This document shows, piece by piece, positions 61,105 through 64,000 of a stretch of 64,000 nucleotides of DNA. The DNA is from Porphyridium purpureum (Eukaryota). The DNA is taken from contig VRMN01000002.1 in the NCBI GenBank assembly GCA_008690995.1, positions 434,001 to 498,000 of the forward strand, written 5' to 3'. The number at the start of each line of letters is the position of its first letter. Within the stretch, counting starts at the first letter, position 1. Made by a program: the position numbers and the translations under genes. The notes beneath the pieces were generated by a model. That model did not search any database. It was not told the origin of the DNA and saw only the letters and a program-made list of their open reading frames with translations.

Positions 61105-62208
61105 CTAGACCTGTGCTACAAAAGCGTGCACGATGCTTGCAACCTCTTGAAGCTGCTGAGCCTCGTCCATGCTAGCCGGAAGATCCCATGGCTGGAATTC
61201 GTAGCTAAGGAACTGTCTGTGGTTCGCACCCGGTAAGATCGTCATTGCGGTTTTTGCTGGCATTCTCTGCTCGTGATCGGCCTCCATCCACTTGATAAAG
61301 TCTTGTGGGCTGGCCCACGCATCATGAGAGCCAACAATGGCGAGATACTTGATTCCGCGATCGATAATCTTTTGTCTTGGCTTGCATCCCATCGAAACAA
61401 TGCCGTGAATCTGAGCAACTACCTGCCGATTGCGCAAGGAGTCTATGGCCGCGAGTATTCCGGCAGAGTGAACCAGCAAGGTAAATTCGAATGGCTCTCT
61501 GTTTTTGTCCGATGTGCTCACAGCCATTCGGTCTGCGAGCGCCTTTCGCATGCTTTGCATTGTGAAATAAACGAGGGACCCATCGACAGGTATTGCATAT
61601 GGGAAGCGACACACTCCCACTGCGATGCCCCCGCGGGCAAGTAAGCGTGCCAGGGGTAGCGCTGCGTCTGCGTCCACAAGGTAGCCCGTCAGAAGCACGA
61701 CACCGTGCGTGAAAGCCGGCGCGGAATCATCGTACACAAGGATGTACTCCTCCGTTCTCCGTATACACGTAGAGTCTTCACCGCTGAAGAGCGAGCCCTG
61801 CACGCCGGGCGTTGCCTTTTGCGGCGTCGCCGTCACGATACTGATCGCGCAGCGCAGCCCATCACGAGCAACTTGCATGAGTGTCAGAGCCGGGCGCGTC
61901 TTCAACCATCGGTGCACGACAATGAGTGGGAAAGACAGAACGAATACTGCACCTTGTACGAGCAAGAGAGCACGCGCGTTCCTTCTAACCAACGCACGCC
62001 TGGCCTCATAGTCGTACACTCCGGCTGATTCGTCTCCTTCTCCGTCCGTCTTTCCGAGCGACGCACGGGAGCGAGTGGGCGTGGCGACTTGTAGGCTAAA
62101 ATACAACGCCAGCGCGAGAAAGAGACACAGCATGATCACCAACGGGACGCCGGCCTGCGCCGCGCAACCCCATGGCGCCGTCCCGCAGCCGGCCTGCTCT
62201 GTACCCAT
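61105..62208 (-). CDS. Membrane-anchored alpha/beta hydrolase
   Basis: Two hydrophobic segments; 'TGYLVD...PLARLLA', nucleophile elbow 'VHSAG', 'GSHD', 'ILPGANHRQF..Y..Q..D'. Start 62208 or 62133. Confidence 0.8.
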   Translation of the reverse strand: MGTEQAGCGTAPWGCAAQAGVPLVIMLCLFLALALYFSLQVATPTRSRASLGKTDGEGDESAGVYDYEARRALVRRNARALLLVQGAVFVLSFPLIVVHRWLKTRPALTLMQVARDGLRCAISIVTATPQKATPGVQGSLFSGEDSTCIRRTEEYILVYDDSAPAFTHGVVLLTGYLVDADAALPLARLLARGGIAVGVCRFPYAIPVDGSLVYFTMQSMRKALADRMAVSTSDKNREPFEFTLLVHSAGILAAIDSLRNRQVVAQIHGIVSMGCKPRQKIIDRGIKYLAIVGSHDAWASPQDFIKWMEADHEQRMPAKTAMTILPGANHRQFLSYEFQPWDLPASMDEAQQLQEVASIVHAFVAQV

Positions 62209-62812
62209 TTGTGCGTTCACTCTGGGACAGCTTTTCGGGGCGCGTAAGCCCTCGCTGAAGAATAAGCGCTACGCGCTGGTCTGCAAGGCGTCTGGTGGTG
62301 GCGGGGAGGACGGGCACGCTTCACCGCGATTGGTTTTGAGGCAAGGGCGTAAGCAGGACCTCGCATTTATCCGCAAAAGCCTGTTCGCAGAGTCGATGAA
62401 TCCTACCATTGCCGGCGTCGAGCGTTTTGTGGTTGCCGAGACAGCGGAAGAAGGGCTCAGCGACGAGGAGGGCTCGCGCAAAGTTGTCGGATTTGGTCAA
62501 GTTCGACCCGTCTCGGATTCAGCCCAAGAGCTTGCCTCCGTCTTTGTTGAAAGGGAATACAGAAGGCGCGGCATTGCGTCCGCAGTGATACAAGAGCTTG
62601 TGACATTGCATGCGGAGGATGAGCGGGGGATATATTTGATGACGCTCAGTCGAACTGTAGGGCTTTACGAAGCGCTTGGCTTCCGTTCGATTCCCGCAAG
62701 CGAGCTGCCTTTAAGCATGCGGGTAGAATTCTTGCTCGGGCGTGTCGTCGCGCGAATAGCGGCAGGCGGGGAGTCGCTCGCCGCCATGCGACTTTTGACT
62801 CCTCAGAAGTGA
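62132..62812 (+). CDS. GNAT N-acetyltransferase, probably plastid-targeted
   Basis: 'VVGFGQVRP', 'ELASVFVEREYRRRGIASAVI' (acetyl-CoA motif A), 'LYEALGF'. Confidence 0.9.
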   Translation: MITNGTPACAAQPHGAVPQPACSVPICAFTLGQLFGARKPSLKNKRYALVCKASGGGGEDGHASPRLVLRQGRKQDLAFIRKSLFAESMNPTIAGVERFVVAETAEEGLSDEEGSRKVVGFGQVRPVSDSAQELASVFVEREYRRRGIASAVIQELVTLHAEDERGIYLMTLSRTVGLYEALGFRSIPASELPLSMRVEFLLGRVVARIAAGGESLAAMRLLTPQK

Positions 62813-63417
62813 TGGACCTCAGACGTCGAAGAGACACCCTCAATCGGCAGGGCGCTTGTGTATGCCCTCACTGCGTCTTTCATTTCTACTCGTGACCAGA
62901 TCTTTTGAGCGGGTCTAGTTGAATTGGTTCGCGATTCTGCTCGGCGTGCTAGCGTGCGCTCTTTCTGTGATGTCGTTTTGCGAGTGCGCGACCTGGATGC
63001 AGAAGCGAGCTCACAGCTAGCGATGCTCAATGTGGCCGACGAATATTACGGTGGCTGAAGGACTCATTGGCAGCACAGTTCTTCCCCGAAATCGTGTTTG
63101 TCTCGGTACCCAGACGGAATGCACTCTTCCGAGATAGCTTGTGTCATCTCCGCACTTTAGATTCGCTCGTTCCGGTCTGTATTGAAGGACCTAATGTTGA
63201 AAGCCTTTGCGGCTAATTATATGGCCTCGGTCCCTTTATGTGTGTAGGTGGGTGGGTGAATGCCTCCACGGACTGTTCGTGCTTCAAGTTTCACTCTATA
63301 TTTCAGAAATACATGTCGAAGCCTATCGGTGCATGCTCATTTACAGCAATGCAAAATCACAAGACAGAAGACGTAGCCTGCTCCTCCGCTCTGCGCGTCA
63401 TTTTTTCAGTAGGCTCG

Positions 63418-64000
63418 TTACGGCATGGTGTAATCTTGTTTTAAGGCCGGCAAAAGCTCTCGTTCAATGAGCTCCAGTACATTGTGGAGCTCTTCGATGC
63501 TACCTGGCGCGCACGTGCGCACCAAAACGAACGTCATGATGAAGGTCAGCTTTCGTCCCGAGCCATTACATAACAGGGCAATAAACGCATTATGACGTCG
63601 AGCCCTGCGTGTTCTCGAAATGGGAGGTATACTTACCGTAATTTGCCTGGATAGCATGTTCGCAAACTCCTGCACTATATTCTGCAGCGGTCACCTGCAC
63701 AGCACGTAGAGGAAGACCAACGTATTGAAATCATCAAAACGGGTGAGATGTTAGCATGGCTTTGAATCAATCTTGTCATCAACGTGGCAAACGAGCGACC
63801 ACACTTTGAGAGCTGCACTTGAGTATGCACATTTGAACGTGGACAACGCAAGCAAGGCGAAATTACCTACGTCTTCTTCAAGTCGGTTGAGACGCTCATT
63901 GGTTTGACGCATGTGTACGTTCCAGGACATGGGCTTTTCAAACGATAACTTTTTGCGCGACGCGGCGGGCGTCTCTGCACCAAACTGTCCGATTTGGCGT
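63418..64000 (-). CDS. 3' part of a spliced small coiled-coil protein; introns 63695-63870 and 63504-63636
   Basis: GTAGGT..GCTAAC..CAG and GTAAGT..GCTGAC..CAG introns join '...ERLNRLEED|VTAAEYSAGVCEHAIQANY|GSIEELHNVLELIERELLPALKQDYTMP*' in frame. Confidence 0.65.

Noticed and set aside
63629..63637. ATACTTACC, identical to the U1 snRNA 5' end
   Set aside because: Explained as the reverse complement of the G|GTAAGTAT donor of intron 63504-63636; no U1 fold follows.

Overview
Gene-dense, intron-poor, GC-rich eukaryotic nuclear DNA. The gene set (CDPK, RETICULATA-like, DUF1995, hemerythrin-like family), the sparse GT-AG introns with CTRAC branch points and a BHB-type multi-intron tRNA suggest a unicellular red alga such as Porphyridium; this is an inference. 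About 30 protein genes are recognisable, plus two tRNA-Gln genes, a decayed MULE-like transposon and a partial gene duplicate. The most unusual signals are: (1) a tRNA gene at 6027-6245 apparently broken by three introns, with the anticodon split so that a 3-nt exon must be spliced in a fixed order; (2) a structured intergenic RNA candidate at ~16275-16410 (-) with U1-like layout and a 5' ACGTAC complementary to the GTACGT donors used in this window; (3) an AT-rich array of four exactly 30-bp palindromic units in a divergent promoter; (4) a HECT ligase split by a frameshift or a 40-nt intron; (5) two genes that can start from one shared CATG. All calls come from reading the sequence by eye; no searches were run.
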